A DNA stretch of 64,000 nucleotides, taken from the sequence record KU521356.1. One strand, given 5' to 3'. Position 1 is the first letter of the stretch; each line of letters begins with the position of its first letter. The notes beneath the pieces are model-generated. The model did not search any database. It saw only the letters and a list, made by a program, of their open reading frames with translations, and was not told the origin of the DNA. Shown here piece after piece: positions 36,073-49,020 of this stretch. The translations under genes and the position numbers were made by a program.

Positions 36073-37521
36073 CTATTTTGGGAGAATAAATTGTGTATAG
36101 GGTGATTGATAAATAGCTGAACCATCATCAGTCACGAACACAATTGAATATGAATAAGAATATGGGCCTTCAGCTACTACAAGAATTTCCATTTTAACTT
36201 TATTAGCTCCAATACGAGCTAATTGGTTTCTACTTGGAATATCGATATTTAATACAAGCTTTAATTTTATCTTACGATCTTTAAATGTGATCGGAACTTC
36301 TACAAAGCCTGTATTAGATGTAATCGTCTTAAGTAGTTGATAGCCAACTTTCTTACCCTTTGCGACTTCCTCGAAGAAGTGCTCGGTAATATCAATAATA
36401 CCAACCGACTCTCCAAGTTTACCAGCCAAGTAATCTTCAAGACGACTGCGCATAACATTAAATGTAGCTACAGCGTCATTTGCCATACGTGGTGGATTAA
36501 GAGTCCGACTAATGAGTTCATCTGTTGGCGTCGACAAAACATTGATATCTTTCCATACGACTAGAGCAGGTAGTCCCATGGATTCAATTTTCTGTCGAAT
36601 GGTTGCGCGATATGCGTTTGCCAAATTGATGATACCCAGTTCTGGATTTTCAGTACCCAGTGCTTCTGTATGCATATTAATTAGTAACTGGAGATACTCA
36701 TCTGGCTCATTTGCCTTATATACACTGAAGGTTGCTTCAGAGATACGACGCCCTAAAATTAAATCAGCTTTAGCTAACTTATCTTTAGCAGTGTCTTTTG
36801 GCTTATGTCCATAGTTATGCATACGACCTAAGTTATAGGTGTAATAGAACCCATCTGGTTCTTCTCCAGAGTTAATGGCGAAGAGTAACCTACTTTCGAG
36901 GATAAGTGGATTAACAACTTGTTTTTTAAGTTTGTTAATTTCTTCGCCTTTAACCGAAACCATCACTGGCTTATCATTATTCTGTCCCGAACCAAGCTTA
37001 GCGTTAGCATCAGCTTTTTCATTACCAATGTCTCCGTTATGACCACGGACCCATTGAATGCTTAATGGTTTATTAGTTTCTTCCCATTTAGCTTTTAGTT
37101 CGACCATCTGTTTCCATAGGTCCTGGTTTGCTACTGGTGTACCGTCTGATTTAATCCAATTGGATTTAATCCATTTGGGTAAATATGCGGTCATACCTTT
37201 TCTAACGTATTCACTATCCATGAGCATCGTTAGTCTAGGTGCATCTGCTTCATGGGCTATTTTGAAAGCCTCAATTGCAGCGGTTAGCTCACCTGTATTA
37301 TTAGTAGGGTTATTAGTTACACTACCAAATGCATCAATATAATTTAAAACAGTGCATGTCTCATCTGCACCTACATCTAAGTATCCCTTAGCTGTTGGTT
37401 GCTGTTTGGTGGCTGCTTTAGATTTCATTGCAACATTTTCATAGGTATAACCATGAATACCCCAACCAGCTTTACCCTGTCGGAATGATCCGTCAGTGTA
37501 TAAAACCATACCGTCTGACAT
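36073..37521 (-). CDS. rnhA: Ribonuclease HI with long C-terminal extension (gp155)
   Basis: LYTDGS, NNTGEL, MDSEYV, NQDLW, WVRGHNG and GNEKADANA cover the full RNase HI catalytic set. Confidence 0.9.
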   Translation of the reverse strand: MSDGMVLYTDGSFRQGKAGWGIHGYTYENVAMKSKAATKQQPTAKGYLDVGADETCTVLNYIDAFGSVTNNPTNNTGELTAAIEAFKIAHEADAPRLTMLMDSEYVRKGMTAYLPKWIKSNWIKSDGTPVANQDLWKQMVELKAKWEETNKPLSIQWVRGHNGDIGNEKADANAKLGSGQNNDKPVMVSVKGEEINKLKKQVVNPLILESRLLFAINSGEEPDGFYYTYNLGRMHNYGHKPKDTAKDKLAKADLILGRRISEATFSVYKANEPDEYLQLLINMHTEALGTENPELGIINLANAYRATIRQKIESMGLPALVVWKDINVLSTPTDELISRTLNPPRMANDAVATFNVMRSRLEDYLAGKLGESVGIIDITEHFFEEVAKGKKVGYQLLKTITSNTGFVEVPITFKDRKIKLKLVLNIDIPSRNQLARIGANKVKMEILVVAEGPYSYSYSIVFVTDDGSAIYQSPYTQFILPK

Positions 37522-37576
37522 TATTGTTTCCTCATGTGATCGATTACTAAACTAGATAATAATTCTAGCAAGTAAA

Positions 37577-37978
37577 TTACTCATCACACTTTGCACGCCA
37601 TTCTTCATATGCTTGCTCAATTTTAGCGCGCTCAGATACAATATGTGACTTTAATTCTTTTATATAGTCAGTCAACAAGATATCGATTTGTTCCGGAGTT
37701 TCTATAAACTCTGTAATAATCGGTGTTGGCGGTACCGGTTTCTTTCTTGGTAGTTCGAAAACCATACACTTCTTACTAGTATCCTTACTATATTTTTTAG
37801 GTGTAGGCAGAACTTTTTGTATTACCTCTTCTTTAGTTGTAACAACAGATGTATGATCATCTGTAGAAGAGGAGTGTTCATATTGGACCACAGTCGTGTT
37901 GTGCGTGTGGTACTCATGTGGCGTATAAACACAGCCACTTATAAGTGGTAGGAGTATTAGAAAGAACTTTCTTGACAT
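37577..37978 (-). CDS. Lipoprotein, possible second o-spanin (gp156 region)
   Basis: MSRKFFLILLPLISG|C lipobox, Pro-rich middle (ELPRKKPVPPTP), C-terminal helix ending KCDE. Confidence 0.75.
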   Translation of the reverse strand: MSRKFFLILLPLISGCVYTPHEYHTHNTTVVQYEHSSSTDDHTSVVTTKEEVIQKVLPTPKKYSKDTSKKCMVFELPRKKPVPPTPIITEFIETPEQIDILLTDYIKELKSHIVSERAKIEQAYEEWRAKCDE

Positions 37979-37998
37979 GTGATCCACCAATTTGGTAC

Positions 37999-38289
37999 TT
38001 ACTTTAGCAAGTCATTTAAACGACGGCGGCGCTCAAGCATTTCAGCCTTCTCAGGCGTCATTTTCTTGAGTCGATCCATTTCGGCTTTAACGGCCCAGTT
38101 GCTTGCTTTAACTGACTTCAACTCACTAGTCACTATGAATAAGGTACCTAGTAATATTACAACTAGGATCAACATCGCCGTGACGTGTTTGTTTTCCAGC
38201 AACACTTCCTTAATAGTTCTATCACCAAAGATAGCCCTCTTAAGGAATGGCCAAACGAAGAGCAAGGCTTTAATAGTCAAACCGAGCAT
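37999..38289 (-). CDS. Small membrane protein with TM plus coiled coil
   Basis: 96 aa with RBS GAGGT; TM VTAMLILVVILLGTLFIV. Confidence 0.75.
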   Translation of the reverse strand: MLGLTIKALLFVWPFLKRAIFGDRTIKEVLLENKHVTAMLILVVILLGTLFIVTSELKSVKASNWAVKAEMDRLKKMTPEKAEMLERRRRLNDLLK

Positions 38290-38452
38290 GATGACCTCTG
38301 TTAGTACTATGCCTACCCATAAAAGCCAGTATTGGCATTTCTATCAATAGACTGTTACAAGGGTATTACGTAAAGCTCATAATACCAGACTTTTTATTTT
38401 AACACAACTAGAACAGACTGATTTTATAGATGGAAACCCATCGCGCTCTAAT

Positions 38453-38456
38453 TATG
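38453..38456 (+). promoter_or_regulatory. Candidate late promoter core TATG for gp157
   Basis: TATG abuts the GAGGA RBS (12-nt leader); small GATGG/CCATC hairpin just upstream. Confidence 0.4.
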
Positions 38457-38464
38457 AGGATTAA

Positions 38465-39805
<1,341 letters not shown>

Positions 39806-39807
39806 TG

Positions 39808-39840
39808 CATAAATGAGAGAGGGCAAAGGCCCTCTCTTAT
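39808..39840 (+). terminator. Hairpin after gp157
   Basis: CATAAAT...AGAGAGGGC-AAAG-GCCCTCTCT-TAT. Confidence 0.65.
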
Positions 39841-39860
39841 ATTAATCTAAAGGTGGCGCA

Positions 39861-40811
39861 ATGCGTAGATTCACTCTTAATCTGGCGGATAACCCGCGTG
39901 GACAAGATCCACGAATAGGTTTCTTCAAAGCAGTTACAACAGCATATCCGGATTTAGGTTTATCTGAAGATAAGTCCATTATCGTAATGGTAATGGATAG
40001 TGCAACTATCGATGAGCCTAATAGGGCATTTGTTCGTATTCAAAAAGATGCAACTAATAGTGCTGTTTATTACGACTTTCTTTATAATCGTTTTAATGTT
40101 AATGATTATATTAAAAATCCATATTGGACAGCATCGGAAGTAACGGTTGTTCAAGGATTAAAAAATAGCGAAGCTTTAGTTGCGTATGTTGCTAATAAAG
40201 CTAAATTAAATTTTACTGCTAGTGACATATGGTTAGAAATATCTAATATAACGTATACCGGTGGTAAGAAACAACCAAACTTTTTATTTAAAGCTATTGA
40301 TTCATCACTATGGTGGAGAGGATGGTTAAATCTATGGTTACATTCAGGTGGTGATGTTGACCCTGATCCGCCGGACCCAGATCCAGATCCTGATCCAGAA
40401 CCAACAGATGGCTATCAGATATTCCCGCAATTGCTTGTACCATTTACAATTACAGTTGATAATGAAACAGGTAAATTTGGTAATTGGATTTGTCCGCCTT
40501 ATGATCAAGCTATAGGTAGGCTATTGGTACTAATGCCTAAACCAGATGGTGCTCAAATAGCAGAGTCACCTAAAGGTGTTATACTACCTTCTGGCAATAG
40601 CGAGAAACTTAAGGCTGGTGCTGAATATCGAATACTGAATTTAACTAATGAAGATGTTGATATAGCTACTGCTTATCAACAGAGTATCATTAGGCCAATG
40701 TATACAAGTACTGGTTTCTTACCTAATAATGGCTATACTCGATTTATCTGTTATAATGAAACAACTAAAGCGATGTATACACTTGGTCTGTCATGGTGGA
40801 TGCAATCATGA
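39861..40811 (+). CDS. Two-domain protein with Pro-Asp linker, probable virion appendage (gp158 equivalent)
   Basis: 316 aa; N-domain has FLYNRF (gp126/127/143-like); DPDPPDPDPDPDPEP linker. Confidence 0.75.
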   Translation: MRRFTLNLADNPRGQDPRIGFFKAVTTAYPDLGLSEDKSIIVMVMDSATIDEPNRAFVRIQKDATNSAVYYDFLYNRFNVNDYIKNPYWTASEVTVVQGLKNSEALVAYVANKAKLNFTASDIWLEISNITYTGGKKQPNFLFKAIDSSLWWRGWLNLWLHSGGDVDPDPPDPDPDPDPEPTDGYQIFPQLLVPFTITVDNETGKFGNWICPPYDQAIGRLLVLMPKPDGAQIAESPKGVILPSGNSEKLKAGAEYRILNLTNEDVDIATAYQQSIIRPMYTSTGFLPNNGYTRFICYNETTKAMYTLGLSWWMQS

Positions 40812-41212
40812 GCGAATTCTGTTATATCTACCCACCTATGAAAGTAATTGACACGTCTAAAGCAACTGGACGTAAGTTTGATATTGACTCAACTTATCTT
40901 AATGCGCACATTATCGTTGAAGATCCTAATTATACTGATAATGATAATTCAGATAGTCCATTTATAGTAAATTTACCAGCTACTGCCTATGATACTAAAA
41001 AAGGTAATTATGTATTTACTATTGCTAATAAGACAAATGGATTATTGGTGATTCGTGCTTATGGTAATCGTTTAGTTGGTAACCGTGTATTCAAAGTTGA
41101 CTGTCAATTAAACAAAGGTGAGGCATGTGAATATAGAACGGTTTATGATTCATTAGAAAATGAATTATACTGGTCTATCGAAGGACGTGTAATGACGGAT
41201 GTACAGGAGTAA
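40808..41212 (+). CDS. Hypothetical beta-rich protein (gp159 equivalent)
   Basis: ATGA overlap with the upstream stop at 40808. Confidence 0.75.
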   Translation: MSEFCYIYPPMKVIDTSKATGRKFDIDSTYLNAHIIVEDPNYTDNDNSDSPFIVNLPATAYDTKKGNYVFTIANKTNGLLVIRAYGNRLVGNRVFKVDCQLNKGEACEYRTVYDSLENELYWSIEGRVMTDVQE

Positions 41213-41215
41213 ATC

Positions 41216-41689
41216 ATGGCAGATACATCAAAATGTGATAATTTCATTCCTGGTGCATTTTACACAACAATAAATAAATATCCATTAAAAATGAAACACC
41301 CTCTTTATGGAGATGATGTTATTTATAATCTGTTAGATGTTAAAGATTATTTTAATACTAACATTATCTTTAAAGAAGAAGATGGATATGTATCATCACC
41401 AACAACACCTACATTTATTGGCACTGTTATTAAATATAATACATCATTGCCAAATGGATTTACTTTCGTATTGAGTTTCTATGAAAAAGATCCTATTAAT
41501 GGCAAAGAGACTAGGGACTCATTAAGTTTTTGGGCACAAGACAAAGATGGTAAATTAGTTATACCTAGAGGTTTTCCATTTGAAGATGCTTCTGTGCGCG
41601 GTACGGTTGGACAACGATTTATATTAGTCAGACCTAATGGCCAAACAACTGGTGATTATATTTGGGTTTGTCCTGGTCAAGCATTTTAA
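41216..41689 (+). CDS. Hypothetical protein (gp160 equivalent)
   Basis: 157 aa with RBS AGGAG. Confidence 0.8.
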   Translation: MADTSKCDNFIPGAFYTTINKYPLKMKHPLYGDDVIYNLLDVKDYFNTNIIFKEEDGYVSSPTTPTFIGTVIKYNTSLPNGFTFVLSFYEKDPINGKETRDSLSFWAQDKDGKLVIPRGFPFEDASVRGTVGQRFILVRPNGQTTGDYIWVCPGQAF

Positions 41690-41694
41690 TTTAA

Positions 41695-41722
41695 AGCGGA
41701 TCTGCTTTAAAGTGGATCCGCT
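41695..41722 (+). terminator. Hairpin after gp160
   Basis: AGCGGATC...GATCCGCT then ATTATTT. Confidence 0.55.
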
Positions 41723-41763
41723 ATTATTTCGTCTTAAAGTAACTATAGTGCTCAATTGAATGA

Positions 41764-42423
<660 letters not shown>

Positions 42424-42458
42424 CAACCTTATGAACTTTAATACTCCGGAGTTTTAAA

Positions 42459-44027
42459 ATGGCTAAGAAAAAAACAGTTCCCGCAATGGATTTCTTTGCA
42501 AGTCTTGAGCGCGTTTCTGATGCTGAAGATAAGAATGTCAATCTTGATGTTGGTAAAGAATTACCAGAACAATTAAAAGATGATGAAGATGGTAAAGTAA
42601 ATCCATGTGATGAAGTTACCAATGTCGTTACCAATACCCCAATTGACGTATGCAAAGGTCCAGATGTTGATGGAACTGCTGATAAGATCAATGATAAGAA
42701 GATTCATGTTAGTCAAGGGCTAAAAGAATTCCAAGTAGCTAAAGGTGATCGTGTTGAAAACGAAATCACTGAAACAGCTGATGAAATGATCACTAAAGTA
42801 AGTGATACTAAAGATCTTAATGTTAGTACCAAAAAACCACACCAAATTGCAGATGTCCCATCGAATGAAGACATTTCTATTATGGAAGCCAATGAGACTG
42901 AGCAGCTAGACCATGGCTATGATGCCACCGCACTACTGGAAACTACTGAAGATATCATCACTGGTGAACTAGATGATCATCTAGAATCATTATCAGTTGA
43001 AATGTTTACAATTGTAAATGAACTGACTAAAGTAGAATCTGTTCAAACTGCATTAGAAAACTATATTGGTTTAGTTAGTAACCGCCATCATCGCGGGCAT
43101 GATGTCGATCATGATCTAGCTAAAGCTATTAGCATCGCGCTAGAGTCATTTGACTATAAATATTTTAATAACACTGTGCCATCAATGGAATCCTTTATAT
43201 CACCGCTAACTCGGCCTAAAGCTTCTATTGAAGTATTAGATAATCTACAAGCTAAAGCAAAAGAAGTATCTACTGTTGCATTAGATTTCATTAAGAAGCT
43301 AATTCGCATTGTTGTAGAAACTTATCAACGTATTCGCCAGAATGTCAGTAATCAAATAGAACGCGTTAATAAGATCATGAAACGCGTTAAAGAGAATGAA
43401 CTACCCGATGAAGTTCGTACTATCGCAATTCCACGCGATCTGATTCTAGGTGACACTGGTGAGAGTTGGGTTGGTGTAGACCCTGTTCAGGGGGTTACTG
43501 TAATCCGTAATCTATTTGACAGCATTGAAAAGAATGGACTGCGTGCTCTTAAAGCAGCCTTAGCTGGAAAAACAACTGATGATAAAGCACTGGCTTTAGC
43601 TAAAGGTATGTTTGGAACAGCTACCAAAATTAATGCTAATGGTGTCCGATATGCTAGCCCGGTTGTGCCCGGTAATCGTGTTTATACCTTTGGTAAAGAC
43701 AAAGCTGCGGTAGACTTCTCCATTCTTGATGCACCGGGTAAACCCAACTATGGAATTACTGTTGAACTATTAGTTGATAAGAATGTTGTTATGGCTCAGC
43801 TAAAAGCAGTTCATAACCTCCTAAATCATCTAAATAATATTCGCGGTATCTCTAAAGAGTCAACTGCTGAAATCATTGCACAGATGACTGATAAAGAAGC
43901 AACCAATGTTGGTAAGGCTTATCTAACTGGCACCACTGAAGCTAGTAATGATCTGTTTAAATGTGTGATGATCTGGATCACCGTACTTGAGAAACTAGTT
44001 GATAGTGAAATCAAGGAAACTGAATAG
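42459..44027 (+). CDS. Head (inner-body family) protein with acidic propeptide (gp162)
   Basis: 522 aa; acidic N-terminal region with S/A-x-E sites (ASLE, SVE, ALE, SME); central region similar to the next gene. Confidence 0.8.
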   Translation: MAKKKTVPAMDFFASLERVSDAEDKNVNLDVGKELPEQLKDDEDGKVNPCDEVTNVVTNTPIDVCKGPDVDGTADKINDKKIHVSQGLKEFQVAKGDRVENEITETADEMITKVSDTKDLNVSTKKPHQIADVPSNEDISIMEANETEQLDHGYDATALLETTEDIITGELDDHLESLSVEMFTIVNELTKVESVQTALENYIGLVSNRHHRGHDVDHDLAKAISIALESFDYKYFNNTVPSMESFISPLTRPKASIEVLDNLQAKAKEVSTVALDFIKKLIRIVVETYQRIRQNVSNQIERVNKIMKRVKENELPDEVRTIAIPRDLILGDTGESWVGVDPVQGVTVIRNLFDSIEKNGLRALKAALAGKTTDDKALALAKGMFGTATKINANGVRYASPVVPGNRVYTFGKDKAAVDFSILDAPGKPNYGITVELLVDKNVVMAQLKAVHNLLNHLNNIRGISKESTAEIIAQMTDKEATNVGKAYLTGTTEASNDLFKCVMIWITVLEKLVDSEIKETE

Positions 44028-44036
44028 GTAAACATA

Positions 44037-45224
44037 ATGTCCACATATGCAGAACTATTAATTACCAATAATGAACTCAAAGAGGCTATTGTTTCTGTTG
44101 AAGCATATCGCCATCGATTAGCTCGTTATCAAGATCTGCTAGATGGACGTGACGTAGCATCTGAAGACTTATCTAAAGCAATGTCATTTGCTTTAGAAAG
44201 TATCGATCCCGCCTTCTCCATAAAAGAAGGCGGTATAATTACACTACGTGCTTTAAAAGATGCATTAGTTCGAGCTGCTAAGGCTGCACGTGATATTGTG
44301 CGGATGGTAATCGAAACACTTACGGCATTCTACGTCAAGTTTACTGGCAGTATTTCACATGTGCGTAAAACACAGCAAAAGTTATCTAGGCGACTTGCAA
44401 AACTAGGTAATCGTACGACTAATACCCGATTGACTGTTTCTGGTTTACAGCGGCTATCTATTAATGGTGAATTCATTGGCGATCGACCAGATAATCTTTT
44501 AGATATCAAAGAAGTCACTAATTATATTTTAATGACTTACCCTAAAATGACTTCTAATATTGCTCGAAATATTAGTAGACAAGCATTGAATATCTTAGAT
44601 AATCAAGGCGAAGATACCACTACAGAAATCATTGATGAGTTATTACAATCTTTTGCCGATATAGTGCGTCGTGATTTTAAAGCGCCGCCAGGGGATGAGC
44701 CATTAAAGAAAGGTGAGACTACTTCTACTGGTACCCATAGAAGTTATATTTTACCAGCTAATCGTGCATTTGTTTATACTGATGCTGACCATATAGCTAC
44801 ATCAGTTACTAATAAACAATCTGCACTAGAAATGGTTCGCAATACATTTACAATGGAATTTACAGAGTTACAAATCAATGCAATTGATAGCACTGAACGA
44901 GATATAGAAGTACCTTCTGTAACTACGCTAAGTGATATTGTAACTGGTATTGCTAATATTTTAACGATCGCTGAACGTGCTAAACAAGGCGAAGTAGAAT
45001 ATAAAACAGTTAAGGTAGTTGTAGATGATTCAATTCGACAGCTAGCTGAACGTAGTGAGTTATTGGGAAGGGCAAATGGCGAGGCAATTAATATGCTCGC
45101 TGAGATATCCCGAAAATTAGCAGAACCTGTTGGTAACTACACCCATTGGTTAGCAGTAACTCTTAAAGTCTGGTTAACATTTGTTAGTCACTGCATTACT
45201 CATTATGAGAATGAAGGTATTTAA
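44037..45224 (+). CDS. Head (inner-body family) protein (gp163)
   Basis: 395 aa; LSKAMSFALES parallels LAKAISIALES of gp162. Confidence 0.8.
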   Translation: MSTYAELLITNNELKEAIVSVEAYRHRLARYQDLLDGRDVASEDLSKAMSFALESIDPAFSIKEGGIITLRALKDALVRAAKAARDIVRMVIETLTAFYVKFTGSISHVRKTQQKLSRRLAKLGNRTTNTRLTVSGLQRLSINGEFIGDRPDNLLDIKEVTNYILMTYPKMTSNIARNISRQALNILDNQGEDTTTEIIDELLQSFADIVRRDFKAPPGDEPLKKGETTSTGTHRSYILPANRAFVYTDADHIATSVTNKQSALEMVRNTFTMEFTELQINAIDSTERDIEVPSVTTLSDIVTGIANILTIAERAKQGEVEYKTVKVVVDDSIRQLAERSELLGRANGEAINMLAEISRKLAEPVGNYTHWLAVTLKVWLTFVSHCITHYENEGI

Positions 45225-45227
45225 CAG

Positions 45228-45259
45228 CATAAGCCCTCCCATAGTGGGAGGGCATTATG
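45228..45259. terminator. CATAA palindrome between convergent genes
   Basis: TAA-CAG-CATAA-GCCCTCCC-ATAGT-GGGAGGGC-ATTATG. Confidence 0.7.
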
Positions 45260-45263
45260 TTCT

Positions 45264-46436
<1,173 letters not shown>

Positions 46437-46485
46437 TTACTAGGGTTATTAACTCTATAGAGTAAGACATTATTAAGGGTTAATC

Positions 46486-48978
46486 ATGCAGATCAAGCTA
46501 CTTAAGCTAATTGGCTATACTAGGTTGATGGCCAATAATACACATTATTTTGAATGGACTCCAAGCAAACAGATGATGGTTATACTTGGTAGTAATGGTT
46601 CTGGCAAATCATCTATTATTAGTGAACTGACACCTGTTGTATCTAGCAGTTCAAACTTCAAGCAAGGTGGCGAGAAACATTTCCATTGTCATGCAAATGG
46701 TAAAGACTATAAATTAATTTCTAAATATAACCGTGGCACTGGACATCATTCCTTTTTATGTAATGATGAAGAATTAAATAGTGGTCATACCTTTAAAGAA
46801 CAAGAAGAACTTGTAATGGCGCATTTCGGGTTAAACCGAGAACTGCATGAAATGTTGACAGGTAAGATGCGTTTTACAAAGTTAAAACCTAATGAACGTA
46901 AAGCATGGTTAACTAGAATGTCTGTAGTTAACCTTGATTATGCATTTAATGTTTATAACAAAGTACGTAAAGAATTATCTAACCAGCAAGGTACTGTTAA
47001 AACAATTAATAAGCGATTGGTCACAGAACACCATGGGGTATTGAATGATTCAGAAATGACACAGTTGAAAGAAGTGAAACAACGGTTAGTTAGTCGTATT
47101 GATTTACTTTATAAAACACGTGATAAGAAAGGTGTCCTTCATTTTAGAGATGAAACCACTGCACGTAAAGAATTAGATTCTATCTTAGATGAAGCTCGTT
47201 CATTGTTAATGTCATTTCCAATGTTACCTATTCAAGTTAAAGTAGATGGGTATGAATCTTTCTTAGAACTAAATAATAAGAAGATTGAAGAATATAAATC
47301 TATACAAGCAGTTATTGCACGTTTAGTTGAAGAATTAGAAGAATTAAAAAGCTCTAATCCGAATACAGCTGAACGTATGTCTCCAGAAGAAATACAAGAA
47401 CTTAAGGACAGACATGAACATCATACACGCATTACTGAAGAAGCTATTAGTAAATATAAGAAGTATACCGGTAGATTTCCTTTGGTTGACATTTCTGTTA
47501 ACGGTGATCCATCTGGTAAACTTACTGATCTCTCAGATCGTTGGATCAAACTTCTCACTACATTTCCTAATAATGAGAATGGTTACTTAAGTAAAGAAAC
47601 TGCTATTAAAAATGCAGAAAGGCTAAAAGAATTAAAAAGTAAATACTCAACCATGGAAGGCATGTATTTACAAATTAATCAACGCCTAAATTCATTTAAG
47701 GAATGCGCATCTATTACTTGCCCATCATGCACTCATTCATTTAAACCTGGTGTTAGTGAACAAGATATCACAATAGCAGAAGAGCGCAAAGCTAAGTTAG
47801 ATGAAGCGATGGATAGCTGTTCAAATGAGATCAAGGTTCTTGAACAGTACATGACTGACTTCAATGAATATGTAAGTTATGTACATGGCTACGTTCAATT
47901 AACGAAAGAGTATAACGAATTTGATACATTATGGAACTATGTAGCTGAACATGTCGTAATGTATCGCACACCAGCAAAATATATAAATGATGCATTAGAC
48001 TGGCGAGATGCAATGCAGCAACTCATTGTCTCTAAGCAAGCTCATGCGGAAGCTACTTTATTAGCTCAACGACTACGTGTTATTGCTGAGATGGATCAAG
48101 ATGCATTAGGGTTCATTAAGGCACGTACAACTGCACTAGAAACTGAAATTAATAATAAAACACATGTAGCAGCTGACTTACAAAGAAAAGCATCTCATTT
48201 CAATAAAGCTGGTAATGCTATTCGTGAATGGGAAGATAAGTATCATTCTTTTATTGAACGATGGGATCAGTTTATTAAAAAGATAGTGGATACAGCTGAT
48301 AACTTTGTAGATAAGGCATACCAAGCAGAGATTGATGCTGTTAACTTAGAACTATCTAGTGTGCATAGTCGTTTAAGTGAAATGGAACGTCATGAAGAAC
48401 GTATTAAAGTTTTAGAATCAGAAGTTAACCATGCACAACAAATGGCTACTGATTTAGCTATTCTTGAAAAAGCATTATCACCAAAAAGTGGTATTCTTGG
48501 TCGCTATTTATTAGGTTTCTTACAAGGAGTAGTTAAACTAGTAAATGCATACATCAATGAGATTTGGACTTATAGGTTAGAAGTATTACCTTCTAATGTT
48601 GACAAAGATGGCATGGATTATAAGTTCCCAATGCATATTGCAGGTGGTGACGTTCAGCCACCGGACATTGAATACGGGTCTGACTCACAATTAGAGATTG
48701 TTGATTTTGCTTTTAGAATGGCTATCTTGAAATTTTTACATCTAGATGACATGCCCCTTTTCTTAGATGAATTTAGCAGGACTTTTGATGAACAACATCG
48801 AGCCAATGCTATTCCATTCATTAACAGGTTAATTGAAAATGGCATTGTTAATCAAGTGTTCTTCATCAGCCACTTTGAATCAACACACGGTGCATTTAAC
48901 CAAGCTGAATTTATTGTACTTGATCCAGCTAATATTAGTACTCCAGAAGTATTTAATAAAAATCTAGTATTAAAATAA
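46486..48978 (+). CDS. sbcC: SbcC/Rad50-like SMC ATPase (gp165)
   Basis: Walker A GSNGSGKSS, long coiled coils with a central CPSC zinc hook, Walker B LFLDE, H-loop ISH. Confidence 0.9.
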   Translation: MQIKLLKLIGYTRLMANNTHYFEWTPSKQMMVILGSNGSGKSSIISELTPVVSSSSNFKQGGEKHFHCHANGKDYKLISKYNRGTGHHSFLCNDEELNSGHTFKEQEELVMAHFGLNRELHEMLTGKMRFTKLKPNERKAWLTRMSVVNLDYAFNVYNKVRKELSNQQGTVKTINKRLVTEHHGVLNDSEMTQLKEVKQRLVSRIDLLYKTRDKKGVLHFRDETTARKELDSILDEARSLLMSFPMLPIQVKVDGYESFLELNNKKIEEYKSIQAVIARLVEELEELKSSNPNTAERMSPEEIQELKDRHEHHTRITEEAISKYKKYTGRFPLVDISVNGDPSGKLTDLSDRWIKLLTTFPNNENGYLSKETAIKNAERLKELKSKYSTMEGMYLQINQRLNSFKECASITCPSCTHSFKPGVSEQDITIAEERKAKLDEAMDSCSNEIKVLEQYMTDFNEYVSYVHGYVQLTKEYNEFDTLWNYVAEHVVMYRTPAKYINDALDWRDAMQQLIVSKQAHAEATLLAQRLRVIAEMDQDALGFIKARTTALETEINNKTHVAADLQRKASHFNKAGNAIREWEDKYHSFIERWDQFIKKIVDTADNFVDKAYQAEIDAVNLELSSVHSRLSEMERHEERIKVLESEVNHAQQMATDLAILEKALSPKSGILGRYLLGFLQGVVKLVNAYINEIWTYRLEVLPSNVDKDGMDYKFPMHIAGGDVQPPDIEYGSDSQLEIVDFAFRMAILKFLHLDDMPLFLDEFSRTFDEQHRANAIPFINRLIENGIVNQVFFISHFESTHGAFNQAEFIVLDPANISTPEVFNKNLVLK

Positions 48979-48988
48979 TTATAAGCAA

Positions 48989-49020
48989 CATAAGCCCTCC
49001 CGCAATGGGAGGGCATTATA
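48989..49020. terminator. CATAA palindrome between sbcC and a small convergent ORF
   Basis: CATAA-GCCCTCCC-GCAAT-GGGAGGGC-ATTATA. Confidence 0.7.
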
